From Candidatus Latescibacterota bacterium (GTDB lineage Bacteria; Latescibacterota; CBDEFO01): a stretch of 64,000 nucleotides of DNA. Both the position numbers and the translations under genes were made by a program. Under the pieces are notes generated by a model. The model was not told where the DNA came from. It saw only the letters and a program-made list of their open reading frames with translations, and did no database searches. Shown here piece by piece: positions 9,764 to 18,530 of the stretch. The stretch is taken from positions 1,912,494 to 1,976,493 of the forward strand of contig CBDEFO010000008.1 of the NCBI GenBank assembly GCA_965237525.1, given 5' to 3'. The first letter of the stretch is position 1; every line of letters begins with the position of its first letter.

Positions 9764-9796
9764 CCCCCCTGATAGATTCAATCGGGGGTAGACAGG
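9764..9796. repeat. REP-like palindrome (reverse orientation) with TAGACAGG tail
   Basis: CCCCCCTGATAGATTCAATCGGGGGTAGACAGG, 20 bp after the tRNA-Sec 3' end. Preceded by CCCCGCTCCCC as in the MITE-like copies. Confidence 0.6.
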
Positions 9797-9875
9797 GTGG
9801 TCTCTCCTCCCTATTCAACATCAATGTCCCCACGGTGACCGAAGGGACACTGATCACCTGATTGGTTATTCCCTC

Positions 9876-10673
9876 TTAGAAACTGAGTGTGAAGTTCACT
9901 CCGATATTGCCTGGAGCTAGGGTCGGGAACCAGGTGATGTACTGCTTTCCAGAGACGTTCTCTGTTCTGGGTACAACACTGCAGCCGACAATGTAACCGA
10001 GCCCTGCACCGGCTACTACGTCGCTTAAGAAATGAGCATTCTTTGCAAGTCGGGAAAAGCCTACAAATGCTGCCGTGGCATAGGCGGGGATGGCGGCTTT
10101 GTGCCCATAGTGATGGCCCACCACCGCCGCCCACATAAAGGAGTTGGAAGCGTGTCCGGAGGGGAAAGAAAGGTTGTCGTTGCCGTTGGGCCGTCGGCGG
10201 CCAATGCCAAGTTTGATGCTTCCTGTCAAAGCGCTGTTGAGCACATAGCCTTGTGCCAGCGAAAAAGACATAGAGCGGAAGCGGCTGTTCTCATATAAGT
10301 TACTGATTAACAGAAGGCTGCCGAAAGTTGTACCTAAAAGAAGGCGCCTGCCTAAGATTCTGCCCACTTCGCCTACACTCTCGAGTCGCTCTTGAACATC
10401 GTCATCAAGCATGGAGGCGACGCCAGTGCCGCTCGAACTGACCAATAGCGGGGTTAAATTTGGGTACGAGAAGAGATCTCGAAAGTTCTTGACCAGTTGA
10501 TAAGGGAAATCTTTCAAAGTGGGTCTTGGTAGCGATTGATTAGTTTGAGCAGTAGACGCTTCTTCAGCCTTCTGACTGAGGAGTTTGAGTTTAAGAGTGT
10601 TGGCCCAGGTATAAGGGCTATTCCAGCTTAAGGCGATTGCCAGAAAGATGAGGCTTAAGCGTGTCCTGCACAT
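9876..10673 (-). CDS. PAP2-superfamily phosphatase (secreted/membrane)
   Basis: Signal peptide. PAP2 motifs KLGIGRRRP, PSGHAS, SRLAKNAHFLSDVVAG. Confidence 0.7.
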   Translation of the reverse strand: MCRTRLSLIFLAIALSWNSPYTWANTLKLKLLSQKAEEASTAQTNQSLPRPTLKDFPYQLVKNFRDLFSYPNLTPLLVSSSGTGVASMLDDDVQERLESVGEVGRILGRRLLLGTTFGSLLLISNLYENSRFRSMSFSLAQGYVLNSALTGSIKLGIGRRRPNGNDNLSFPSGHASNSFMWAAVVGHHYGHKAAIPAYATAAFVGFSRLAKNAHFLSDVVAGAGLGYIVGCSVVPRTENVSGKQYITWFPTLAPGNIGVNFTLSF

Positions 10674-10782
10674 AAGCTTCTGTCTCCTGATTATTTCGTT
10701 TACAAAAGCGAGAATCCAAAAACGTCATAATCTAATATACAAATAACTTCCCTTTATTGCAAAGATTTTGTCCTCGTATTAA

Positions 10783-12302
10783 AAGCCTTGTGAAAAACCC
10801 TTAGATATCAGAAAGTAGTATAGAACAAGCATTGATAAAGCAGCTCCGATGTATTATATTATGTTATTGATAATATTATACATGGAGGAAACAATGACCC
10901 CACAAGAGCAGGAACAGACAAATCCGATGTTTCACTATTTTCAGATGGAGGATTTAGTTCCCGAGGATCATATCCTTCGTCAGATTGATGAGGCAGTTGA
11001 TTTTTCATTTGTACGAGACGTTGTATCAGATTGTTATTGCCCTGACAATGGCAGACCCGGTATTGATCCTGAATTAGTTGTTCGAATGATCCTTATTGGC
11101 TATCTGTATAATTTGAGTGAGAATCGGCTCTGTCAGGAAGTGGGGATGCATGCGGCATATCGGTTGTTTTGTCATCAGACATTTGATGATGCGGTTCCGG
11201 ATAGGAGCACGATCAACAAGCTTCGCAATCACAAGTGGGCATCCAGTGGGTTGTTTGAACGGATAATGCGTCAGGTAGTCCAGTGTTGCATAGATGTCGG
11301 TGTTGTGAGCGGTAAACACCTTAGTGTCGACGGCACTCAGATACAAGCTGATGCTTCAGTGAAAAGTATTGAGCCGATAGAACCCCCTGTTTCTCTTGAT
11401 GATTATCTCAAGGGAATCGGTTTTGAAGGTGATAAGACAAAGGGTAGGTCCGGGCATCCTCAGGATAAAGACTTTCATGGTGAAAAGTGGACGAACCAAA
11501 CACACCGTTCGACTACAGACCCCGACGCGCGCTTATACAGCAAATCGAAGGGCAAAGGGGCTTTTCTCTCGTTTATGGGCCATGATCTGATCGACACAAA
11601 AAGCAGAGTAATCCTTGAGACTCAGGGCACGCAGGCGACAGGGACAGCAGAGCCCGAAAGTGCCCTTAAGATGGTAGATGACCTTGAAACATACACCATG
11701 CCCAAAGACATTCAGACACTTAGTGCCGATACCGGTTACGGTTCTGGTAATTTTATCGCTGATGTACTTGACCGGGGAATCATACCCCATATTCCTCTGC
11801 GAGCCGATGAGAAGATTGAACCGATTCCTACATGGAAAAACAAGACAAATTCAGCACATATTCAGGCCGAACGGGATAGAAAAGTGCGAGAGGCAAAAGC
11901 CAGAAATCATGCACGGTCTATCTCATTAACAGCTGACTACAAACTCTCCCGGAGACTCCGTAAACGCAGTGAACATATCTTTGCTGAAGCCAGGCAACAA
12001 CACGGTATGGGACGAGCCCGTTACAGAGGACCAGCCTCACTGAATGAACAGTTGAATCTTGTTGCAACAGTACAGAATCTCAAGAGGCTTGTATCTTTCA
12101 TAAGAAGGGGGAAAGCGTCTATGTGTGCCCTGTCTGTCAAAGACAGTGCATCCTGTTCTTCAAACAGCTCCTATTCCTTGCTGACCAGAACTCTGATAAG
12201 ACTATTTTGCTTATTCCACAGCAAAACGATACGATATGCTACTCTTTGACCCATAATCGGCGCTTCAGACGCTGCCTGGGACATAACTATTTCACAAGGC
12301 TT
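10783..12302 (+). mobile_element. Insertion sequence copy 2
   Basis: Same TIRs as copy 1. TSD TTAA at 10779-10782 and 12303-12306. Inserted ~95-110 bp upstream of cdaA. Confidence 0.85.
10849..12249 (+). CDS. DDE transposase
   Basis: 466-aa ORF differing from copy 1 at ~3 residues. Confidence 0.8.
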   Translation: MYYIMLLIILYMEETMTPQEQEQTNPMFHYFQMEDLVPEDHILRQIDEAVDFSFVRDVVSDCYCPDNGRPGIDPELVVRMILIGYLYNLSENRLCQEVGMHAAYRLFCHQTFDDAVPDRSTINKLRNHKWASSGLFERIMRQVVQCCIDVGVVSGKHLSVDGTQIQADASVKSIEPIEPPVSLDDYLKGIGFEGDKTKGRSGHPQDKDFHGEKWTNQTHRSTTDPDARLYSKSKGKGAFLSFMGHDLIDTKSRVILETQGTQATGTAEPESALKMVDDLETYTMPKDIQTLSADTGYGSGNFIADVLDRGIIPHIPLRADEKIEPIPTWKNKTNSAHIQAERDRKVREAKARNHARSISLTADYKLSRRLRKRSEHIFAEARQQHGMGRARYRGPASLNEQLNLVATVQNLKRLVSFIRRGKASMCALSVKDSASCSSNSSYSLLTRTLIRLFCLFHSKTIRYATL

Positions 12303-12396
12303 TTAAGATCGTGCAAAAAGTGGTTGTTATACTCCAAGTTTATTGTTATCTTAACTACTATGTCTATAATAAGATAAGTCAAAGGGACAACTGCCT

Positions 12397-13170
12397 ATGG
12401 AGGGCCTTGAGCTTTTCAGGATCGGTTTTCTGCCTATACGGGTAATAGACATAGTGGACATATTGGCTATCGCCTACGTCTGCTATTACATTTTTGCGCT
12501 TTTGCGAGGTACAAGAGCGGCCCAGATGATCGTGGGGCTGATCGTTTTGCTTATTGCTTCGTTTGTGACTGACAGCGTGAACATGAGTGGGCTCTCGTGG
12601 CTCTTGTCGCATCTCCGGACGGCTTGGGTGTTCGCTATCATAATCTTGTTTCAACCTGAGTTGCGGCGGATGCTGATCCGTCTGGGACAGAGCAGGGCGA
12701 TGAGGCTATTCTACAGAGTGCAGGAGAGTCGCGTTGTGGATGAGGTAGTAAATGCCTCAAGGGTATTGTCGGAGCGGGAATACGGGGCTCTTATTGTCAT
12801 AGTCAGGGACGTAGGCATAGCCGCCATTATTGAGACAGGCGTGCCGATTCAGGCAGAACTGTCGGCTGACCTTTTGACCACCATATTCACGCCGAGGTCG
12901 CCCCTCCACGACATGGCGAGTGTGATACAGGGGAATCTCGTAGTGGCCGCAAAATGTGAGCTTCCCCTCTCTCAAAGTGCGATTATAGATAGATCGATGG
13001 GAACCCGGCACAGAGCGGCGTTGGGACTCTCAGAGGAATCAGATGCTGTTGTTATCATGGTATCTGAGGAGACGAGCCAGATATCCATAGCGGTGGATGG
13101 CAAATTCATAAGGAATCTGAGCCCGGAACAGCTAAAGGACGAGTTGATAAGGCTCGTGGACAGAAGATAG
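12397..13170 (+). CDS. cdaA: Diadenylate cyclase (c-di-AMP synthase) CdaA
   Basis: Three N-terminal TM helices plus DAC domain. Strongly matches B. subtilis CdaA landmarks (IIFQPELRR, GALIVI, LGTRHRAA.G.SE.SDA..I.VSEETS.IS.A.DG). Confidence 0.9.
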   Translation: MEGLELFRIGFLPIRVIDIVDILAIAYVCYYIFALLRGTRAAQMIVGLIVLLIASFVTDSVNMSGLSWLLSHLRTAWVFAIIILFQPELRRMLIRLGQSRAMRLFYRVQESRVVDEVVNASRVLSEREYGALIVIVRDVGIAAIIETGVPIQAELSADLLTTIFTPRSPLHDMASVIQGNLVVAAKCELPLSQSAIIDRSMGTRHRAALGLSEESDAVVIMVSEETSQISIAVDGKFIRNLSPEQLKDELIRLVDRR

Positions 13171-13196
13171 ACAGACGGATTCTGGAAAAGTTTGCA

Positions 13197-14591
13197 ATGA
13201 CTGACATCTCAGAGAAACAGGATAGTACAGGTTTACAGGCTCCCAGGGTGCTTGTGGTCGGGCCGGAGTCGGAGCATACAAAAGATCTGATCGTGTTCCT
13301 AAAGGGAGAAGGGCTGGAGATCTTATGGGGAAAAGACGGCGAGATGGGGTATAATATACTGGACTCCACTCACATTGATGTTATTGTAACAGAGCTGAAG
13401 GTGCACAGGATAGATGGGATGAACCTGCTGTCAATAGCCAAAAAGAGGAACCCTGAGATATGTGTGATTGTGATAGCTGATGAGGCAAACATAGAGCTTG
13501 CCACCGAGGCGATGCGTCAGGGCGCTTACGATTTTCAGTCCAAGCCTCTAAATTTAGAAAAATTGAAGGCGGTGATAGATAGAGCCATATCGCACCAGCG
13601 TCTCGTACTGGAGGTGACAGATTTGTATGAGCGGCTGGATGATCGCCTGAGCTTCAGAAACATAGTCGGAAGGTCGAAGGCTATGGGCGAAGTATATGAG
13701 AAGATAAGGCAGGTTGCCCCTTCTCGTGCGACCGTGCTTTTGTGCGGCCAGACAGGGACAGGAAAGGAACTCGTGGCCCAGGCGATCCATCACAACAGCC
13801 CGCGGAAAGACAGTCCGTTTGTGAAATTAAGCTGCTCAGCGCTATCTGAAGGTGTGATCGAAAGCGAACTCTTCGGGCACGAAAAGGGAGCCTTCACAGG
13901 AGCCGTATCACCCAGGAAGGGCAGGTTCGAGATAGCTGACGGCGGGACGCTCTTCTTAGATGAAGTCGGAGAGATAACCCCTTCAATTCAGGTTAAGCTC
14001 TTGAGGGTCCTTCAAGAGGGCGAGTTCGAAAGGGTGGGAGGAGACATCACACGGAAGGTGAACGTCAGATTGATAGCGTCTACAAACAGGGACCTGGAGG
14101 AGATGATCCGAAGGGGAGAATACAGAAGAGATCTCTATTATCGTCTGAACGTGGTGACGGTGCATCTCCCGCGGCTGAGGGACAGGAGGGACGATATTCC
14201 GCTTCTGGTGGACGTATTCATAAGGGATTTCAGCGGGGAAAACGGCAAGGATATAACGGGAATTACCAGAGGAGCGATGAATATTCTGATGCAATACGAC
14301 TGGCCGGGAAACGTAAGGGAGTTAAAGAACTGCATAGAGGGAATGGTGGTCCTGTCGAAGGAGAAGAGTCGTCTGGAGGTCACAGATCTTCCTGAGCACA
14401 CAAGGCGTTCGGGGGCGGCATCTGATGAGGATATTCGTCTGAAGGTCGGAATGACCATGAGGGACATAGAAAAAGAGGCAATTAAGGAGACTCTGAAGCA
14501 CGTGGGATATAACAAGCCTATGGCCGCGGAGCTATTAGGGATAGGCTTAAGGACGCTCTACAGAAAGCAGAAGGAGTACGGAATAGATTGA
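13197..14591 (+). CDS. Sigma-54-dependent response regulator (NtrC family: receiver + AAA+ + HTH)
   Basis: Receiver domain with conserved D. AAA+ Walker A GQTGTGKE. GAFTGA motif. ESELFGHEKGAFTGA. C-terminal HTH. Confidence 0.85.
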   Translation: MTDISEKQDSTGLQAPRVLVVGPESEHTKDLIVFLKGEGLEILWGKDGEMGYNILDSTHIDVIVTELKVHRIDGMNLLSIAKKRNPEICVIVIADEANIELATEAMRQGAYDFQSKPLNLEKLKAVIDRAISHQRLVLEVTDLYERLDDRLSFRNIVGRSKAMGEVYEKIRQVAPSRATVLLCGQTGTGKELVAQAIHHNSPRKDSPFVKLSCSALSEGVIESELFGHEKGAFTGAVSPRKGRFEIADGGTLFLDEVGEITPSIQVKLLRVLQEGEFERVGGDITRKVNVRLIASTNRDLEEMIRRGEYRRDLYYRLNVVTVHLPRLRDRRDDIPLLVDVFIRDFSGENGKDITGITRGAMNILMQYDWPGNVRELKNCIEGMVVLSKEKSRLEVTDLPEHTRRSGAASDEDIRLKVGMTMRDIEKEAIKETLKHVGYNKPMAAELLGIGLRTLYRKQKEYGID

Positions 14592-14636
14592 AGACTTGAA
14601 ACCTTTAGAACCATCTGCGTAAAAGTGTTAGCTTAG

Positions 14637-16156
14637 AAGCCTTGTGAAATAGTTATGTCCCAGGCAGCGTCTGAAGCGCCGATTATGGGTCAAAGAGTAG
14701 CATATCGTATCGTTTTGCTGTGGAATAAGCAAAATAGTCTTATCAGAGTTCTGGTCAGCAAGGAATAGGAGCTGTTTGAAGAACAGGATGCACTGTCTTT
14801 GACAGACAGGGCACACATAGACGCTTTCCCCCTTCTTATGAAAGATACAAGCCTCTTGAGATTCTGTACTGTTGCAACAAGATTCAACTGTTCATTCAGT
14901 GAGGCTGGTCCTCTGTAACGGGCTCGTCCCATACCGTGTTGTTGCCTGGCTTCAGCAAAGATATGTTCACTGCGTTTACGGAGTCTCCGGGAGAGTTTGT
15001 AGTCAGCTGTTAATGAGATAGACCGTGCATGATTTCTGGCTTTTGCCTCTCGCACTTTTCTATCCCGTTCGGCCTGAATATGTGCTGAATTTGTCTTGTT
15101 TTTCCATGTAGGAATCGGTTCAATCTTCTCATCGGCTCGCAGAGGAATATGGGGTATGATTCCCCGGTCAAGTACATCAGCGATAAAATTACCAGAACCG
15201 TAACCGGTATCGGCACTAAGTGTCTGAATGTCTTTGGGCATGGTGTATGTTTCAAGGTCATCTACCATCTTAAGGGCACTTTCGGGCTCTGCTGTCCCTG
15301 TCGCCTGCGTGCCCTGAGTCTCAAGGATTACTCTGCTTTTTGTGTCGATCAGATCATGGCCCATAAACGAGAGAAAAGCCCCTTTGCCCTTCGATTTGCT
15401 GTATAAGCGCGCGTCGGGGTCTGTAGTCGAACGGTGTGTTTGGTTCGTCCACTTTTCACCATGAAAGTCTTTATCCTGAGGATGCCCGGACCTACCCTTT
15501 GTCTTATCACCTTCAAAACCGATTCCCTTGAGATAATCATCAAGAGAAACAGGGGGTTCTATCGGCTCAATACTTTTCACTGAAGCATCAGCTTGTATCT
15601 GAGTGCCGTCGACACTAAGGTGTTTACCGCTCACAACACCGACATCTATGCAACACTGGACTACCTGACGCATTATCCGTTCAAACAACCCACTGGATGC
15701 CCACTTGTGATTGCGAAGCTTGTTGATCGTGCTCCTATCCGGAACCGCATCATCAAATGTCTGATGACAAAACAACCGATATGCCGCATGCATCCCCACT
15801 TCCTGACAGAGCCGATTCTCACTCAAATTATACAGATAGCCAATAAGGATCATTCGAACAACTAATTCAGGATCAATACCGGGTCTGCCATTGTCAGGGC
15901 AATAACAATCTGATACAACGTCTCGTACAAATGAAAAATCAACTGCCTCATCAATCTGACGAAGGATATGATCCTCGGGAACTAAATCCTCCATCTGAAA
16001 ATAGTGAAACATCGGATTTGTCTGTTCCTGCTTTTGTGGGGTCATTGTTTCCTCCATATATAATATTATCAATAACATAATATAATACATCGGAGCTGCT
16101 TTATCAATGCTTGTTCTATACTACTTTCTGATATCTAAGGGTTTTTCACAAGGCTT
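14637..16156 (-). mobile_element. Insertion sequence copy 3
   Basis: Same TIRs. TSD TTAG at 14633-14636 and 16157-16160. Inserted ~45 bp downstream of the sigma-54 activator stop. Confidence 0.85.
14690..16090 (-). CDS. DDE transposase
   Basis: 466-aa ORF, near-identical to the other two copies. Confidence 0.8.
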   Translation of the reverse strand: MYYIMLLIILYMEETMTPQKQEQTNPMFHYFQMEDLVPEDHILRQIDEAVDFSFVRDVVSDCYCPDNGRPGIDPELVVRMILIGYLYNLSENRLCQEVGMHAAYRLFCHQTFDDAVPDRSTINKLRNHKWASSGLFERIMRQVVQCCIDVGVVSGKHLSVDGTQIQADASVKSIEPIEPPVSLDDYLKGIGFEGDKTKGRSGHPQDKDFHGEKWTNQTHRSTTDPDARLYSKSKGKGAFLSFMGHDLIDTKSRVILETQGTQATGTAEPESALKMVDDLETYTMPKDIQTLSADTGYGSGNFIADVLDRGIIPHIPLRADEKIEPIPTWKNKTNSAHIQAERDRKVREAKARNHARSISLTADYKLSRRLRKRSEHIFAEARQQHGMGRARYRGPASLNEQLNLVATVQNLKRLVSFIRRGKASMCALSVKDSASCSSNSSYSLLTRTLIRLFCLFHSKTIRYATL

Positions 16157-16437
16157 TTAGTGTCTTGGAAAATATTACTACCTTCGAATCGGGATTGGTG
16201 GCTGCTTAATAGAATTGGTGACGGTTGGTGACCGTTTGCATAGAACTTTTGAAAAAACAAATTTTTTGAAAATGTGAACAGTTTATAGTAAAAGGTCACC
16301 AAGGTCACCAAGTGAGCATTTTGGTCCATCATATTACCTTGATCTTTAACTCTTTGGAGCTCTTGATCTCTAACGTCTTGTAAATCTAAATTTCGATCTT
16401 CTGCTGACCCACCAAGGCTCAAATTAGAAAATCCATT

Positions 16438-17691
16438 TTATCTTACTTCCCCCCACTCAACCTGATTGTATATACGGTTGAACTCCTGGCTGCCGTCGTT
16501 CTCGATGACTTCCAGAGTAACACCGGGCACAAAGAGAGGTAGGTTGCCCGCGTAGAACGCCTGCTGATAATCCGACTCTCTTGTGAAAGCCCATGTCCTG
16601 GCCTCTTCTCTCCTTGAGCGGGGGGGCCAGCAGATCCTCAGCACCCGGCGCTTTTTGAGGTATTCGTCCTGTGGAGTCGGCGCACCGTCATCCACTCTGT
16701 ACTTTTCGAGAGCGTCCTGGTCTATTTCCACACCCAGACCGGGCGCTTCGGGGCAGCGGATATAGCCGTCCTTAACCTCAAGGCGCTCCTTCAACAGGTC
16801 GTCTTCAAAGAGTTCGTGACAGGTGATAGCTGGCCACCGGGCGTGCGAGAGCACTGCGCCAAGATGGACTGTGAAGGCTGTCATAATTCCTGAGCCGACC
16901 ATCTGGAGCCAGAAGGATTTATTGGACACGGCAGCAATAGTCCCCTGTCGGATGACGTTACCAGCAGAGCCGCTGATGACGAAGCCGTCGCAGACCTCCT
17001 CTTTGAGCGCGGTCATGATAGGCGGCGTGCCGAAGTGCAGACTGATAGGATGGCTGATCTGACTTCTGATCTGTCTGTAGCCTTCCACATCGGTCTGGGG
17101 TATTGGCGACTCGAAGATAGCCACGTTCTCCCTTTTTTCGAGTTCTTTTAATACAGGAAGGGCGTTGCCCGCGTTGAGGAGGAAGCCGTTGAAGTCCACA
17201 TCTAACTTGAAGCTTTCAGGAACGACCTTTGCAATAGCGTCCACCTGCTGGATGATGTCGAACCAGGGCCGGGCCTTCAGCTTGAAAGAAGTATATCCGA
17301 GCCGCTGGGCCTCCTCTGCCTCCTGTGCCCAGTCCTCTGGGGGCATATCTATAGCCCACCAGGAAATGGGACACCAGTCTCGAACTTTCGACCCGATGAG
17401 CCGATATACGGGCACGTTCTCCTGTCTTCCTACGGCGTCCAGGATCGCTATTTGAACTGCGGGATTAATAGAATCGTCCCACAGAAGCTCAAACGGGTTC
17501 CTCGCGACGAGATCCTGTGAATCCGCACCTTGACCATGCATTTCACCGTAGCCGATAACACCGGTGTCCATTCTTACCCGAAAGACGCACACGCGCTCCC
17601 CGTGAGTGCTGGCGCGGTGCATATGGCGCTCTGTCCGCGGGGAGGCAAAGGGCAGATCCAAAGTGAACATCTCAATCTGGTCGATCTTCAT
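16438..17691 (-). CDS. Enolase-superfamily enzyme (mandelate racemase/muconate lactonizing enzyme-like) with ~100-aa C-terminal extension
   Basis: Capping plus TIM-barrel domains with KLDVDFNG-type metal ligand region. Paralogous to 59489..60748. Confidence 0.7.
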   Translation of the reverse strand: MKIDQIEMFTLDLPFASPRTERHMHRASTHGERVCVFRVRMDTGVIGYGEMHGQGADSQDLVARNPFELLWDDSINPAVQIAILDAVGRQENVPVYRLIGSKVRDWCPISWWAIDMPPEDWAQEAEEAQRLGYTSFKLKARPWFDIIQQVDAIAKVVPESFKLDVDFNGFLLNAGNALPVLKELEKRENVAIFESPIPQTDVEGYRQIRSQISHPISLHFGTPPIMTALKEEVCDGFVISGSAGNVIRQGTIAAVSNKSFWLQMVGSGIMTAFTVHLGAVLSHARWPAITCHELFEDDLLKERLEVKDGYIRCPEAPGLGVEIDQDALEKYRVDDGAPTPQDEYLKKRRVLRICWPPRSRREEARTWAFTRESDYQQAFYAGNLPLFVPGVTLEVIENDGSQEFNRIYNQVEWGEVR

Positions 17692-17803
17692 GTTTGTCTC
17701 TTTCCAAATATGTAGTTTCTATGACTCTAGAATCTCATAAGGGCTCTTTGTGGGCCATTCAGGAGTGAGTCCCAGGAACATTATGCTTCCTACAAGATGT
17801 CTC

Positions 17804-18154
17804 CTACAAGATGCCTCCTACAATAAGGAGCCTGAGTTTTTCTTCCAGGTCGGTATTGTAAACTCTGTGTTCTACGCCTTCTTCATTGTACAGGGCGTCT
17901 CCCCCTTCAAATTCGTGCTTTTGACCTCCCGACTCTATGGTTCCCCGCCCCTGAAGGACATAGTATATCTCTTCACAGTTATGCCTGTGCAGTGGGGAAT
18001 GCTCCCCGGGGTCTATCTCCACTATTCCTGCGATCAGCGTCTTGGTATCAACTCCCGTTTCGGGATAGATGAGTTTCCAGTCTTTCACTCCCTTTCTCGC
18101 CTCCATCGGAGCGCCCGATACAAACTCTGATCTCTTGACCACCACTCTGGACAT
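17804..18154 (-). CDS. Cupin-domain protein
   Basis: Start ATG at 18154 with AGGAGG 7 nt upstream. Cupin motifs G.HSPLHRH...EEIYYVL.G. The longer annotated ORF runs through a REP copy and is probably an artefact. Confidence 0.7.
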   Translation of the reverse strand: MSRVVVKRSEFVSGAPMEARKGVKDWKLIYPETGVDTKTLIAGIVEIDPGEHSPLHRHNCEEIYYVLQGRGTIESGGQKHEFEGGDALYNEEGVEHRVYNTDLEEKLRLLIVGGIL

Positions 18155-18313
18155 ATGAATACCTCCTGCAGCAATCGTGCGGGGTGGGACGAGGTGTCCG
18201 TGCTTGGGGACGAGGTGCCCGTGCCTACTGGGCGAACAGCTGGGTGCGCCCAAGGGGCGAGCGGACCTCGCCCCTACATTCTGTCTCCTATAACCGAGAT
18301 CGCTTCGAGATGA

Positions 18314-18335
18314 ACCCCCGATTGTTTCTATCGGG
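18314..18335. repeat. REP-like palindrome (forward)
   Basis: CCCCCGATTGTTTCTATCGGGG. Confidence 0.6.
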
Positions 18336-18497
18336 GACGTGTGTCTGCCCCTGGGACGACCACTTCGTGGTTTGTTGCCTCCACTCCCCGGCAAAGCTCC
18401 CACGGCGCCTTGCCCCTAAATTCAATCTGCTGCCTTTAAGATGGCCTGAGCAATCTCGGAGGGGATAGGATGTATCCCCTGCCTACCTCTGATTGCA

Positions 18498-18520
18498 TCT
18501 CCGATTGAATCTATGGCGGG
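18498..18520. repeat. Degenerate REP-like copy
   Basis: CTCCGATTGAATCTATGGCGGG. An adjacent hairpin GGGGATAGGATGTATCCCC lies at 18461-18480. Confidence 0.4.
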
Positions 18521-18530
18521 CTACTGTGTA

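Noticed and set aside
12397-14591. In-window selenoprotein genes matching the tRNA-Sec
   Set aside because: No ORF pair here is joined by an in-frame TGA with conserved flanks. The stops in broken genes are TAG or frameshifts, not TGA.
9646-16156. Genomic island or prophage integrated at the tRNA-Sec 3' end
   Set aside because: No integrase or recombinase. No direct repeat of the tRNA 3' end downstream. The content is PAP2, IS copies, cdaA and a regulator, which looks chromosomal with independent IS insertions.
10783-16156. Classical composite transposon carrying cdaA and the sigma-54 regulator
   Set aside because: The two IS copies have different TSDs (TTAA vs TTAG). A composite transposon arriving as a unit would leave one shared TSD only at its outer ends. 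The geometry is noted as a finding, but acquisition as a unit is not supported.
16135-16422. ORF 16135..16422 (-) as a gene
   Set aside because: It begins inside the IS terminal repeat and runs through the GGTGACC repeat region. Low-complexity translation. Treated as non-coding.
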